Source of the DNA: Nitrospinota bacterium
GTDB taxonomy: Bacteria > UBA8248
Assembly (NCBI GenBank): GCA_046581755.1
Contig: JAYGFR010000038.1
Coordinates: 1 to 45,733 of the forward strand
Reading direction: 5' to 3'
Length of the DNA stretch: 45,733 nt
The notes under the pieces: model-generated
What the model was told of the DNA's origin: nothing
Databases searched by the model: none
Seen by the model: only the letters and a program-made list of their open reading frames with translations
Shown: positions 28,375 through 38,127 of the stretch, piece by piece
Layout of the letters: each line of letters opens with the position of its first letter
Numbering within the stretch: position 1 is the stretch's first letter
Translations under genes and position numbers: made by a program

Positions 28375-28721
28375 CCACCTCACCTTCCTTCATATAGTTC
28401 ATCACCCTCAATTTTCCCGGCACTCCTCCCTAAGTTCGCCGATGCTGTCCATCAGCGCTAGGAGGGCGTAAATATCAGAGCAGACCAAATTGACTGATAT
28501 TATCCGACATTTCCCATATGGTTCCATGAATGGAGGCATTCTAGTCTCAAATGGCATCATTCATGTCAGGATTCTTTTCTGAGCGCCCGATTCTCGGCAA
28601 AATAGTTTCTCCCCCCGCTGATATTGGGCGGGACTCGAAGGGGAGCCGGTGCGTTTTACCGTTTTTCCGCGCTCCCCGGGCAACCCTCTCCCCGTGAGCG
28701 CCTTCCCCGATTCCGGCCCGC

Positions 28722-30449
28722 CTACTTGGAGACCGCGCCGCGCCGCCTCTTGGGGATGATCGGCAGCAGCAGGTGCGCCGCGTGTTTCGGCCCCGTGTGC
28801 AGGGTCGTGCGGCCGCCGAAGACTTCCTTGGGCCGATCGGCCGGATGGTCGTGCAGGAAAGGCCCGGAGCCGCGCGAGGGCACATAGGCCGCGACCGACG
28901 GCCCTGGCCGGTCGAAGTCCTGGCCGGAAATGTTGACGGCGATGCGAAAGCCCTTGGGCAACACGATGCACTGGGGCCAGATTTCGAGGTCGAGCTCGTA
29001 GATCCGGCCCGGGATCAGCGGTTGCTTGTCGTCGTGGGTGTGATAGGGCCGCGAGGGCGTTGACTTCTCGGGGTCGAGTTTTCGGTGGGATGCGCGCAGG
29101 CAACCCTGGGCGAGGGGCGTCTTGGGGTCGACCGTGCCCTGGAAATACACTTCTTTCCCCTGGGGCGAGAAAGCCTGGACGGTAACGAAGAGGTCCGCGT
29201 CTCTGGTGGAGGAGGAGATGAAAAGCTTGGCCACCATCGGCCCGGTGATCTCGGTCTCCTGCTTCAGGGGGGGCGAGGTCCAGGTCACCCCTCGCGTCAG
29301 CGCCCGGAATGTCTTCGAGCGGTTGACCTTGGGCGCCGTCCAATCGAGCTTTCCCTCACCGCCCGCGTGCAGGTACAGCTTGGTCCATTTCGTGCCCTTG
29401 AGCGGCCACTCGCCCTCCTTGCGGAGCTTCACCTCGCTCGTGAACGGCCGCCGGAGGTTGAGCCACACCCGGGGCTCCTGTTTCCAGCCGTTGCGCTCCC
29501 CCTTGAGGTAGCAGTCGAAGAAGCGTTTTTGGAGCTCCATGCCATATTCGAGGTAGAACCATTCCTCGTGGCGGCCCGGATGGCATTCGAGCCACTTCTC
29601 CTTCGAGGCGGCCTGGGTGAAGGCCTCGAAATTGCCGCGCGGGTGGAGGCCGAAGCCGGCCCAGCTGGCGCCGCTTATAAACGGCACTTTCACCTTGGAC
29701 CAGTCCGGGGAGCGCGAGCGGTACCAGTCGTCGTCCATCTCGCGCACACGGAAGTTTTCGAGCGTGTCGGCCCGATTCTCCTCGAGCGCGTCCTTGGACA
29801 GGGCCGCCGGGCCCGTCGCCCGGGTCTTCATCCAGCGGTCGCGCGGACCCTTCGGGTTGCCGTGTTGCACGGCCTCGACTTGGCGCGGGTACCAGATCTC
29901 CATGAATTTGTTCGAGAGGATGCCGCCGTGGCGCGCCCAGTCGCGGTAATGGTCGGCAGCGCCCTCCCACGGGATCATCGCGGTGAGGTGCTTGGGCTGG
30001 AGGGCGGCGACCTGCCATTGGTTGATGGCGTAGTAGGAGACGCCGTTGAGGCCTACCTTGCCGTTCGACCAGCTTTGGCTGCCCGCCCATTCGATGGCGT
30101 CGGCGAAATCCTTGGTTTCGCGCGGCGAAAAAATGTCGAGATAACCGGGGGAGCGGCCGGCCCCGCGCGAATCGATGCGCACGCAGGCATAGCCCCATGG
30201 CACCCAGATCTCAGGGTCCACCGTCTCCCAAGTCAGCCAGCGATGCCGCGAACCGGATAATATGTCGGGGTGCATTTTCACCAGCGAATCCCAGAGCGGT
30301 TTGTAGTGCTCCTGGTACTTGACGCCCTTGCCGTAGGGTCCGCCGGCCATGATGATCGGCACCCTCTCCTTGGTGTCCGGCCTGTAAACGTCCCCGCGCA
30401 ACACCACGCCGTCGTCCATCTTGATGGGCAAATCGCGTTCGATGATCAT
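28722..30449 (-). CDS. CocE/NonD family serine hydrolase
   Basis: MDDGVVLRGDVYRP, GPYGK, DSRGAGRSPG, WSNGKVGLNGVSYYA, C-terminal LRASHR...LLLPII; ATG at 30449 after GGAGG. Confidence 0.9.
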   Translation of the reverse strand: MIIERDLPIKMDDGVVLRGDVYRPDTKERVPIIMAGGPYGKGVKYQEHYKPLWDSLVKMHPDILSGSRHRWLTWETVDPEIWVPWGYACVRIDSRGAGRSPGYLDIFSPRETKDFADAIEWAGSQSWSNGKVGLNGVSYYAINQWQVAALQPKHLTAMIPWEGAADHYRDWARHGGILSNKFMEIWYPRQVEAVQHGNPKGPRDRWMKTRATGPAALSKDALEENRADTLENFRVREMDDDWYRSRSPDWSKVKVPFISGASWAGFGLHPRGNFEAFTQAASKEKWLECHPGRHEEWFYLEYGMELQKRFFDCYLKGERNGWKQEPRVWLNLRRPFTSEVKLRKEGEWPLKGTKWTKLYLHAGGEGKLDWTAPKVNRSKTFRALTRGVTWTSPPLKQETEITGPMVAKLFISSSTRDADLFVTVQAFSPQGKEVYFQGTVDPKTPLAQGCLRASHRKLDPEKSTPSRPYHTHDDKQPLIPGRIYELDLEIWPQCIVLPKGFRIAVNISGQDFDRPGPSVAAYVPSRGSGPFLHDHPADRPKEVFGGRTTLHTGPKHAAHLLLPIIPKRRRGAVSK

Positions 30450-30744
30450 GGGCTTCCTCCCCTCCCTCGGATTAAGCGTTGCATCCATAGTGCGGCTGCC
30501 GCCCCCTCCCGGCATCGGAGACACGCGGCGGCCATCGGTTGGCTTCATAATTTCGCAGGTAGCTTGTACGGAATTATGCGGCGGGGCTCTTCATATGGCA
30601 AATTCCGGCCGATCCGCCCCGGCGGAGGTAGCCCCCCGGCGGGGCGGCCTTTGGCCTGGGGGCCGGTTTCATGACAATATCGGAATGGGGGGGAATGTTT
30701 TTAAAGGGTCCCCGATTGGGCCGGGGCATGAGCGAGGGAAGGGT

Positions 30745-31719
30745 ATGAAAAGTGTTCGGCTGCTTGCCTGTCTTTTTCTTTTAGCTTCCTTTTCGGTGCC
30801 GGCCCATTCCGCCCAAAGCGTCGGGGAGCGGCTGAAAGCCATCGTCAAAACCCGCGCGCGCATCCCCCGGAACGCGCGCACGGCCCGGTCTCTCGGCAGG
30901 TTGAGAGAGGGCAACGGGGTGGTGATCGATTCCCGGGGCCATGTTCTGACCATCGGGTATTTAATCCTCGAGGCGGATTTTATCGAGATCCGATTATCCG
31001 AAGGGAAGTGGATGAAGGCGGCATTCGTTGCCTACGATCACCGCACGGGGTTCGGTCTCGTGCGGGCCGCCGGGCCGCTTGGGGTGATCCCGATGCGATT
31101 CGGGAATTCCGGGGCGCTGAAGAAGGGGGCTCCGGCATTGGTGGCGAGCCATGGCGGGGAAAACTCGTTGATGGGCGTCCGGATCATTTCCAGAAAGGAA
31201 TTCGCGGGCTATTGGAAATACCTCCTGGATAAAGCCATATTCACCTCGCCGCCCCACCCCGAGTTCGCCGGAGCGGCCTTGATCAGGCCCGGCGGGCGCC
31301 TCTTGGCCATCGGCTCTCTTTTTTCCCGGACCGTTTTGCCGGGTGTCGGCATCGTCCCCGGAAACATGTTCGTGCCCATCGATCTGCTCAAGCCGATCCT
31401 CGCCGACCTAAAGAAATCCGGAAGATCCTCCAAGCCGCCAAGGCCGTGGATGGGTTTGTTCGCGGCCGAGGTCAGGGACCGCTTATTCGTCAACCGGATC
31501 AGCCCGGGAGGGCCCGCCGAGAGGGCGGGAGTCAGGCCGGGCGACATTATCCTGGCCGTAAACCAGGAAGAGGTGAAAACCCTGGCCGGTTTCTACCGCA
31601 AGGTGTGGGCCCTGGGCGGAGCGGGTGTGGAGGTGCCAATCCGCGTCCTCCAGGGAAGCCGGATCGAAAATATCACCATCCGGTCCTCGGAGCGTTTTCG
31701 GTATCTGAAATTAAGATAG
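30745..31719 (+). CDS. Secreted trypsin-like (S1C/HtrA fold) protein with PDZ domain; catalytic His and Ser appear substituted
   Basis: Signal peptide, GNGVVID, LTIGYLI, FAGAALI, RPWMG, GPAERAGVRPGDIILAVN. Confidence 0.8.
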   Translation: MKSVRLLACLFLLASFSVPAHSAQSVGERLKAIVKTRARIPRNARTARSLGRLREGNGVVIDSRGHVLTIGYLILEADFIEIRLSEGKWMKAAFVAYDHRTGFGLVRAAGPLGVIPMRFGNSGALKKGAPALVASHGGENSLMGVRIISRKEFAGYWKYLLDKAIFTSPPHPEFAGAALIRPGGRLLAIGSLFSRTVLPGVGIVPGNMFVPIDLLKPILADLKKSGRSSKPPRPWMGLFAAEVRDRLFVNRISPGGPAERAGVRPGDIILAVNQEEVKTLAGFYRKVWALGGAGVEVPIRVLQGSRIENITIRSSERFRYLKLR

Positions 31720-32108
31720 CCGGTATCTAAAATGGAGATAGCCGCCTCAGTGTTTTTTCCGGCTTCTCGGAAAAATATTCTCAAAGGGCGGCCCATTGCG
31801 TTGACCCTGCATCGCTCCTCGCCCCGCCCATGGAAATAGAGATGCCCACGGCTTTGGCGCGGGGGCATCGGATTTTGGATTCAGGTGCGCACAAATTCGC
31901 AAATCCGGGAAATTCTGAAATTTCCATCACCTGAATTTTTTTATTTAACGAAATCATAACCCCCTCATTACTATTTTCTGACAATTTCCGGCCGGCAAAA
32001 GGGTAGTTTTAGGGTCAGGAAATTTCCCTTTCGGGGCCTCCGGATTCAACGGGCGGCTTCCGGACAATATGGGTCGAATCCCAATTTTTCGTTCATGGAG
32101 ATAATCAT

Positions 32109-32462
32109 ATGATGGCCGGATTTAATCGCCGCAGGTCCCATCGCTCGGAGCTGCCCGTTCTGATTCGTATCCCCCGGATATACCCCGAAAAACCGCTCAG
32201 GCCCAAGGACATCAGCATGGGCGGGTTCATGGTCGAGCTCGAAAAAAGGCCCGATGTGGGAGCCGTGAGCCAGTGCGGCGTCCGTATTGAGGACACCGTA
32301 TTCTCCGGGGAGGCGACAGTGGTCTGGGTCAAGAAAAAAATGAGGCCCGAATCTCCGGGCTGGCATGCCGGCCTGGTGTTCAAGATGCCCGAGGAGAAGG
32401 AAGAAGAATTCGAGAAAGTAATGGCGGCGATTCGATCCAGCTTGCAAGAGAAAGTAGCCTAA
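32109..32462 (+). CDS. Single-domain PilZ protein (c-di-GMP receptor)
   Basis: RRRSHR (RxxxR) and DISMGG (DxSxxG); ATVVW...GLVF. Confidence 0.75.
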   Translation: MMAGFNRRRSHRSELPVLIRIPRIYPEKPLRPKDISMGGFMVELEKRPDVGAVSQCGVRIEDTVFSGEATVVWVKKKMRPESPGWHAGLVFKMPEEKEEEFEKVMAAIRSSLQEKVA

Positions 32463-32523
32463 CCCGGCTCCCCGTCTCCAATCCCCTCGGTTTCCCGAAT
32501 ACCCGATACCCCGTCCGCGAAAA

Positions 32524-33981
32524 TCAGGCCCCCTCACTCTCCCCCGGCGGCGGGGAGGCGAAGCTGTTGCCCATTCGAATCACGGCCTCTCTTCCCCCAT
32601 GGCGTTCGACGAGGGCGGCCTGATCCGCCTTGGCGCGCCGATCCACCTCTTCGGGGTCGGCGATGGCGCGAAGGCCGGCTTCCAGCTCCCGGAGGGTGCC
32701 TTGATGCGAGGGGTCCCCGGCGAGGTCGTCCAACTCCTCGGGGTCGGATTCGAGATCGAAGAGTTCCGGCGGGTAGTCCGTGTAGTGGATGTATTTAAAT
32801 CTTCCCCGCCGGAGCATGAACAGCCCCGTGACGGCGCCTAGGGCGTGAAACTCGCTGAAAATCTCGCGGCCCGAGTTGTCCGGGGCGTTGGCGGTCTCGA
32901 AAAGGGAGGTTCCGGGCAGGCTCCGGTCCTCTTCTCCGGGTTCGATCCCGGCGGCGTCCAGGACGGTGGGAAAGAGATCGACGAGCGAGACGGGGGTGGC
33001 GGAGATTTTTCCGGCGGGGATGCCCGGTCCCGAAACGATTGCCGGGACGGCCACCGACTCTTCGTACATGGTCGATTTCCCCCAAAGGCCCCTGGCGCCC
33101 AGATTGTCCCCGTGGTCGCTGGCGAAGACGATTCGGGTGGAATCCCCGAGCCCGGCCTCGCCCAGGGCGCCTAAAATTTTTCCCACGTTCGAATCCACGA
33201 ACGAGCACATTCCCAGATAAGCGGCGATCGCAATCCGCTTTTTCTCGTTATCGAAATACGCCTCGTAGGGGGCGCACTCGTGCAGGCTCTTGATCCAAGG
33301 GTGCCATGCGCTTCCGCCCGGGGGGCCCTCCTTGGGCAGGGGAATTTCGTCCAGCGGGTACATTTCGTAAAACGCGGGCGGAGCGATAAATGGAAAGTGG
33401 GGGCAGGTCAGCGAGACGAAGAGCGCCCAGGGGCGGTCCCGGTCCATCGGAGCGTCCTTCAGCCACCGGCAAGCCAGTTCGGTGACCTCGTGGTCGTACC
33501 GGATGTAGTGCGATTCGCCGGGGCCGATTTCGTTCGACATTCTTTCATTGTTCCGCCGGACGGGCAGGCCGAGGTTGTCCCGCACGGAGGCGAATATATC
33601 GCCGATACCGTCGTTGGGCGCGTGAAGCGGAATAATTTGCTCGTCGAATCCCGTGGGCAGAACGGAATTCCGGTAATGAAGTTTCCCCACCGAAGCGGTG
33701 CGGCATCCCGCCGCCTGGAGGCGGTGGCCCCAGCTCGGGGTGCGCCCCTCATAGGGGAAGGCGTTGTCCCATGCGCCGATTTCATGGACGTAGCGCCCGG
33801 TCGCGAAGCTGGCGCGCGAGGGGATGCAGATGGGGCAATTGGTGTATGCGTTCTCGAACCGGGTGCCCGAGGCCGCGAGGCCGTCGATGTTCGGCGTCTC
33901 GGCAAGCGGATGACCGTAGCACCCGAGAGCCTTTTGGGTTTGCTCATCGTCCATGATGATGAGCAGATTCGACGGCTTCAT
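32524..33981 (-). CDS. Sulfatase (choline-sulfatase-like)
   Basis: IMDDE, CIPSRAS formylglycine motif, GKLH, PHFP, SDHGD, LWGKS. Confidence 0.9.
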   Translation of the reverse strand: MKPSNLLIIMDDEQTQKALGCYGHPLAETPNIDGLAASGTRFENAYTNCPICIPSRASFATGRYVHEIGAWDNAFPYEGRTPSWGHRLQAAGCRTASVGKLHYRNSVLPTGFDEQIIPLHAPNDGIGDIFASVRDNLGLPVRRNNERMSNEIGPGESHYIRYDHEVTELACRWLKDAPMDRDRPWALFVSLTCPHFPFIAPPAFYEMYPLDEIPLPKEGPPGGSAWHPWIKSLHECAPYEAYFDNEKKRIAIAAYLGMCSFVDSNVGKILGALGEAGLGDSTRIVFASDHGDNLGARGLWGKSTMYEESVAVPAIVSGPGIPAGKISATPVSLVDLFPTVLDAAGIEPGEEDRSLPGTSLFETANAPDNSGREIFSEFHALGAVTGLFMLRRGRFKYIHYTDYPPELFDLESDPEELDDLAGDPSHQGTLRELEAGLRAIADPEEVDRRAKADQAALVERHGGREAVIRMGNSFASPPPGESEGA

Positions 33982-34033
33982 GGCCAATCCCTATTTCGGG
34001 GCGGAGGGCTCCCGCGAGGGGAGCCGGGAGGCG

Positions 34034-34363
34034 CTACTCCTCGTTTTGGGGAAGCCGGAGCCGTAGCCTTTCCACGGGATTGCCCTTGGTGAGGTGCTCT
34101 TCGACGATTTCGGGAACGTCCTCGACCTTGACGCCCTGGTACCAAACGCCCTCGGGATAGACGACCAGCGAGGGGCCGAGGGTGCAGGGGCCCAGGCAGG
34201 TGGCGCCGCCCACGGCGGTGTCGGCGGCCAGGTCGCTGGTTTGAACGGCTTCGCCGAGCGCCTGGAGCACTTCGATGCTCCCCTTCGTTTGGCAGCAGCC
34301 CATGGGATGGCCGGGCGGCCTTTGATTGATGCAGACGAATACATGGCGTTTGATATGTTCCAT
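34034..34363 (-). CDS. Thioredoxin-like [2Fe-2S] ferredoxin
   Basis: HVFVC...GCC, CLGPC-x-x-GP, VVYPEGVWY, IVEEHL. Confidence 0.9.
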   Translation of the reverse strand: MEHIKRHVFVCINQRPPGHPMGCCQTKGSIEVLQALGEAVQTSDLAADTAVGGATCLGPCTLGPSLVVYPEGVWYQGVKVEDVPEIVEEHLTKGNPVERLRLRLPQNEE

Positions 34364-34606
34364 TGAGTGCCTTCTGGGTTAGGGAGCGTGCTTCCGGTTT
34401 CCGGAATGAGCGGCTCGGTTGCGGTAAAAAAATTTTGAAAAAATAAAATCCTCCCGGACAAATCCCTTCCAAGGAAGAGGGCGCCGGCATCTTCAGGATG
34501 ACTTCGCCAGGCGCAAATGATACCCTCGGGAAGTCCGAAGTCAAGATCATTCATTCCCGAGGCTGAGCCGTTTTGCTCGATTCTAGAAACCCGATTTTTC
34601 CGCTCC

Positions 34607-37333
34607 ATGCAGAGTAAATTCTCCCTTTTCCCGCGCCTCAAGCGAATTCGCCTCGCCGGGGGCCCCACGCTCATTTGCCTTCCCGAACTCTCGGCGCCGA
34701 CGGTCTCGATGCAGATATGGCTTCCGGCCGGCTCCTCGTCCGAAAAAAAGGGGGAGGACGGCCTAGCGCATTTCCTCGAGCACATGATCTTCAAGGGCTC
34801 TCGGAACCTGGGCGTCGGCGAGCTGGCCTCCCGGGTGGAGGGCGCGGGCGGCGACATCAACGCCTACACGATGAGCGATGCGGCCTATTACTACCTCACC
34901 TGTTTGCCCGAATTCGCCGAGACGTGCCTGGAATCCCTGGCCGACGCCGTTTGGTGGCCCCGCCTGAATTCGATCGAGATGGACCGGGAGCGGGGCGTAA
35001 TCCTCGCCGAGATCGACCGCTCGATGGATCAGCCGGATCAGGTTCTTCAGCACCATTTGTTCCAGCGTGCCTACGGAAAATCCCATCCCTACGGCCAATC
35101 CATCATGGGCTCGCGCCGGTCGGTGAGCCGGTTCGCCGGGGGGGACCTCAGGCGGTTTCACCGGCGGCGCTACGACCCGTCCGTGAGCGTGGTCGTCATC
35201 TCGGGGAACATGCAGGTCCGGGGGGCCCGCCGGGTTCTGCGGGAAAAATTCCGCGCCGAATCCGGGAAGGGGAGCCGCCGCCCGGCGAAAATGAGGCCGG
35301 CGGCGATCCCCGCGCCCGCCCCCAGCGCCAGCGCCCCGAGGCTCTTTGCCCTGAGGGGGCGCTCGGGGCTCGCGCATCTGGAAATCGCCTTCTCGATTCC
35401 CACCTTCCGGCACCCCGACGCACCGGCCCTCGATATTCTCGCGATGATTCTGGGGATGGGAGAGAGCTCGCGGCTGTTTCAGAAATTGTGCGTCGAGACT
35501 TCCTTGATGCACGAGGTGTCAGCGGAAAATTTCTTCTCCCTCGGGGATGGGCTCTTGTTCCTGGGCGGGCTCGCCGAGCCTGGCGCCGCGGTGGATTCCA
35601 TCGAGAATATCCTCCGCACCGGGATAGGCATCGCCGGTGAATTTCCGCCGACGGCGGAGGAGATGAACCGCGCCCGCCTGAATTTCATCTCCGACCTCGA
35701 ATTTCGAAGGGAGAGCATGGGCGGCTATGCCCGGATGGCCGGATACGCCCAGCTTCTGGCCGGCGGCGTCCGGTTCTCCGAAAGGTATCTGAACCGCCTC
35801 CTCCAGGTTTCCCCGGACGATGTGCGCCGCGCCGCCGCGCGGTATTTGCGCCCGGAAGGCATCACCTCGGGCTGTCTGATCCCCCGCCAATCGGGCGGCC
35901 GGCTGGATGCGCGCAAAATGAGGGGCGCGGTTTTACGGGGATTCGCGGATCGGGGCGGTGCGGCGAAAAAACGGAACAGCGGGGGACCGGCGGATTCTGG
36001 GGGCGCTTTTCCGAAAATCAAATTCGCCGCGCCGAAAAAAGGGGTCCGCATCCGCAAAAAGGTTTTCGAATATTCTCTCCCCGGCGGCGCGCGCCTGATC
36101 GCGCTTCCGGGCGGGCGGGCCCGCGTGTTCGCCATCCGGGCGGTTGCACTGGGAGGACAGCGGCTGGAGGGGGAGAAATGCCCCGGCCTCCACAATTTGA
36201 TGAGCGGCGTCGTCGCCCAAGCCACCCGTTCGATGGACTCGGCCGAGTTGGCGGAGCGGATCGAGGGGCTGGGCGCGGCGCTCGAGGGTTTTTCCGGCAG
36301 GAACACGGTCGGCCTCTCGGCGTCCTCCCTCTCGCTGGCCGCGGACGAGGTGATGGAAATTTTCGCCGCTGTCCTGACGGAGCCGGCCTTTTCCGCGAGC
36401 GATCTTTCCCAGGCCCTCCGGGAGATCGATGCCGAGCGGCGCGGCGATATGGACGATCTCGGCAATCTCTCCCGGCTCAGGGGGATGGCGCTCCTCTACG
36501 GCGCGCATCCCTTTGGCCGCCATCCGCTGGGCCATTCGCGTCCCCTCTCCCGCGTCGAGCCCCGCGCCCTCCACCGGGCGTGGCGCCGGTGGATGGCCCC
36601 TCGGAACCTGGTTTTAGGGGTGGCGGGGGATATCGATCCGGGCGAAGTGCGGCGGAAGCTGGGGAGGCTGCTAAAAAAATGGGCGGATCGTTCGCCCTCC
36701 TCGCGGCTACCCCGCCCGCCCGATCGCCCGGTGCCGCCTGTGCGAGGCCGAAGGCAGCGCTATACGGTCGAGGGCGCCACCCAAGGTCATATCCAGCTAT
36801 CGTATCTGGGGGCGGATTTTCACGATTCCCGCCGCTATGCCCTCTCGGTTTTGACCACCGCCCTGGGCAGCCAGGGGGGCGGCCTTTTCTGGGAGCTGCG
36901 GGAAAAGCGGGGTCTCGCCTATGCCGTCTACGCCTCATCCGAGGAGGCGCTCGATCCCGGGCCGGTGTCTTTTTACGCGGCCACCGCTCCCGAGGCCGAG
37001 GAGGAGGCGCTGGAAATTCTGTGCCGCGAGATCGAGCGGGTGCGGAAAACCGGCCTGGGGGACGATGAGCTGGAGCGGGCCAAGGCGTTCCTCGCCGGGG
37101 AGCAGCTGCGCACCCTCCAGCGGGCGGGGGCACGCGCCTCCGACCTCGCGTTCGATGCCCTCTTTGGCCTGAAGCGGGAGAGCCCGGAGGAGTACAGAAA
37201 AAAAATGGAAGCCGTGAGCGCCCGGGACGTTCTGGAGGCCGCCCGGCATTTCCTCGCCCCCGGCAAGGACGCCCTGGTCCGCATCGGCCCGCCCCTCAAG
37301 CGTCGGGGAGGGAGGCGGCAGTCCACGAAATGA
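34607..37333 (+). CDS. M16 (pitrilysin/insulinase) family zinc peptidase with two fused halves
   Basis: GLAHFLEHMIFKGS (HxxEH), INAYT, HPYG, LFWELREKRGLAY; ATG at 34607 chosen over 34517. Confidence 0.88.
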   Translation: MQSKFSLFPRLKRIRLAGGPTLICLPELSAPTVSMQIWLPAGSSSEKKGEDGLAHFLEHMIFKGSRNLGVGELASRVEGAGGDINAYTMSDAAYYYLTCLPEFAETCLESLADAVWWPRLNSIEMDRERGVILAEIDRSMDQPDQVLQHHLFQRAYGKSHPYGQSIMGSRRSVSRFAGGDLRRFHRRRYDPSVSVVVISGNMQVRGARRVLREKFRAESGKGSRRPAKMRPAAIPAPAPSASAPRLFALRGRSGLAHLEIAFSIPTFRHPDAPALDILAMILGMGESSRLFQKLCVETSLMHEVSAENFFSLGDGLLFLGGLAEPGAAVDSIENILRTGIGIAGEFPPTAEEMNRARLNFISDLEFRRESMGGYARMAGYAQLLAGGVRFSERYLNRLLQVSPDDVRRAAARYLRPEGITSGCLIPRQSGGRLDARKMRGAVLRGFADRGGAAKKRNSGGPADSGGAFPKIKFAAPKKGVRIRKKVFEYSLPGGARLIALPGGRARVFAIRAVALGGQRLEGEKCPGLHNLMSGVVAQATRSMDSAELAERIEGLGAALEGFSGRNTVGLSASSLSLAADEVMEIFAAVLTEPAFSASDLSQALREIDAERRGDMDDLGNLSRLRGMALLYGAHPFGRHPLGHSRPLSRVEPRALHRAWRRWMAPRNLVLGVAGDIDPGEVRRKLGRLLKKWADRSPSSRLPRPPDRPVPPVRGRRQRYTVEGATQGHIQLSYLGADFHDSRRYALSVLTTALGSQGGGLFWELREKRGLAYAVYASSEEALDPGPVSFYAATAPEAEEEALEILCREIERVRKTGLGDDELERAKAFLAGEQLRTLQRAGARASDLAFDALFGLKRESPEEYRKKMEAVSARDVLEAARHFLAPGKDALVRIGPPLKRRGGRRQSTK

Positions 37334-37375
37334 GATGAAAAATGTGCGGGTGAAACGGGATCGCCCATCGAGCGG

Positions 37376-37401
37376 GGCCGCGGCGGGGGCCGCGGTTTTT
37401 T
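37376..37401 (+). terminator. Intrinsic terminator after the M16 peptidase gene
   Basis: GGCCGCGGC-gggg-GCCGCGGTT stem followed by a T-run. Confidence 0.6.
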
Positions 37402-37483
37402 GTCGATATTTTTCCGGATCCCCATGGATTTTACGAATCCGGGGGGACGGGCGGGCCGATCTTTTTTGATGCGGCTTCGGTTT

Positions 37484-37984
37484 TTATTTCAAGGATTTTT
37501 CGAGCACGCGTTTCAGGCGCCGCCGTTTGCGGATCAAAAAATCCCGCATGCTCGGGTTCTTCTCGCCCTCAAGTCCCTTGGTTAACTCAGTAATCTCGCG
37601 GCGAACCTCGGCGGGCGATTTCGCCTCGTGCGGGATGAGGCGGATGATCCGTTGGCCGGCGCCCCGGATCTGCGGTTTGACGATGGGGGTCAGCCGTCCG
37701 GATTTGATGCCGGCCTCGTAGTCCGGAGCGGGCCCGGTGGGGCGCCTGGCGGCGGGCCGCTTCGGCGGAGCGCCCACCTCGCGGGGTTTTATTGTCGGCG
37801 CGCCCGAGAAGATCCTAATCGTTTTGTTCACGGCGGACCTGGCGGCATCGTAGACGGAGACGGCGGCATTCCGGGAGCGCTTCCAAATGCCCGTGGAGGG
37901 ATCGCCCGAGGGTCCTCCCGCGCATCCGGCGATGAGAAAACCGAGGGCGGCCGCCGCGCAAATCCCTGAAACGGTTCGGTGCAT
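37484..37984 (-). CDS. Hypothetical basic lipoprotein
   Basis: Signal peptide with lipobox LIAGC; no recognised domain. Confidence 0.6.
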   Translation of the reverse strand: MHRTVSGICAAAALGFLIAGCAGGPSGDPSTGIWKRSRNAAVSVYDAARSAVNKTIRIFSGAPTIKPREVGAPPKRPAARRPTGPAPDYEAGIKSGRLTPIVKPQIRGAGQRIIRLIPHEAKSPAEVRREITELTKGLEGEKNPSMRDFLIRKRRRLKRVLEKSLK

Positions 37985-38040
37985 ATCCAATCCAATTCAA
38001 ACCGGCGGGCGGGCGGGAAGGTGAGGGCGCATTTTCAAAA

Positions 38041-38123
38041 AAAAACTTGGGCACAAAACCTTGGGCACAAAAACCCGGGCACAAAAATTCGGGCACGAAA
38101 AATCGCCACAAAAACCCGGGCGC
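38041..38123. repeat. 14-bp tandem repeat, about 6 copies (AAAAAYYYGGGCAC)
   Basis: aaaaacttgggcac, aaaaccttgggcac, aaaaacccgggcac, aaaaattcgggcac, gaaaaatcgccac, aaaaacccgggcgc. Confidence 0.85.
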
Positions 38124-38127
38124 GGCC

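Noticed and set aside
27400..28560. Prophage or IS element
   Set aside because: No integrase, transposase, terminal inverted repeats or target duplication found
34400..34580. Structured ncRNA between the ferredoxin and M16 peptidase genes
   Set aside because: Some complementarity (CCTCGGGAA/TTCCCGAGG; GCGGCTCGG/CTGAGCCGT) but no match to a family I recognise; compatible with a divergent promoter region
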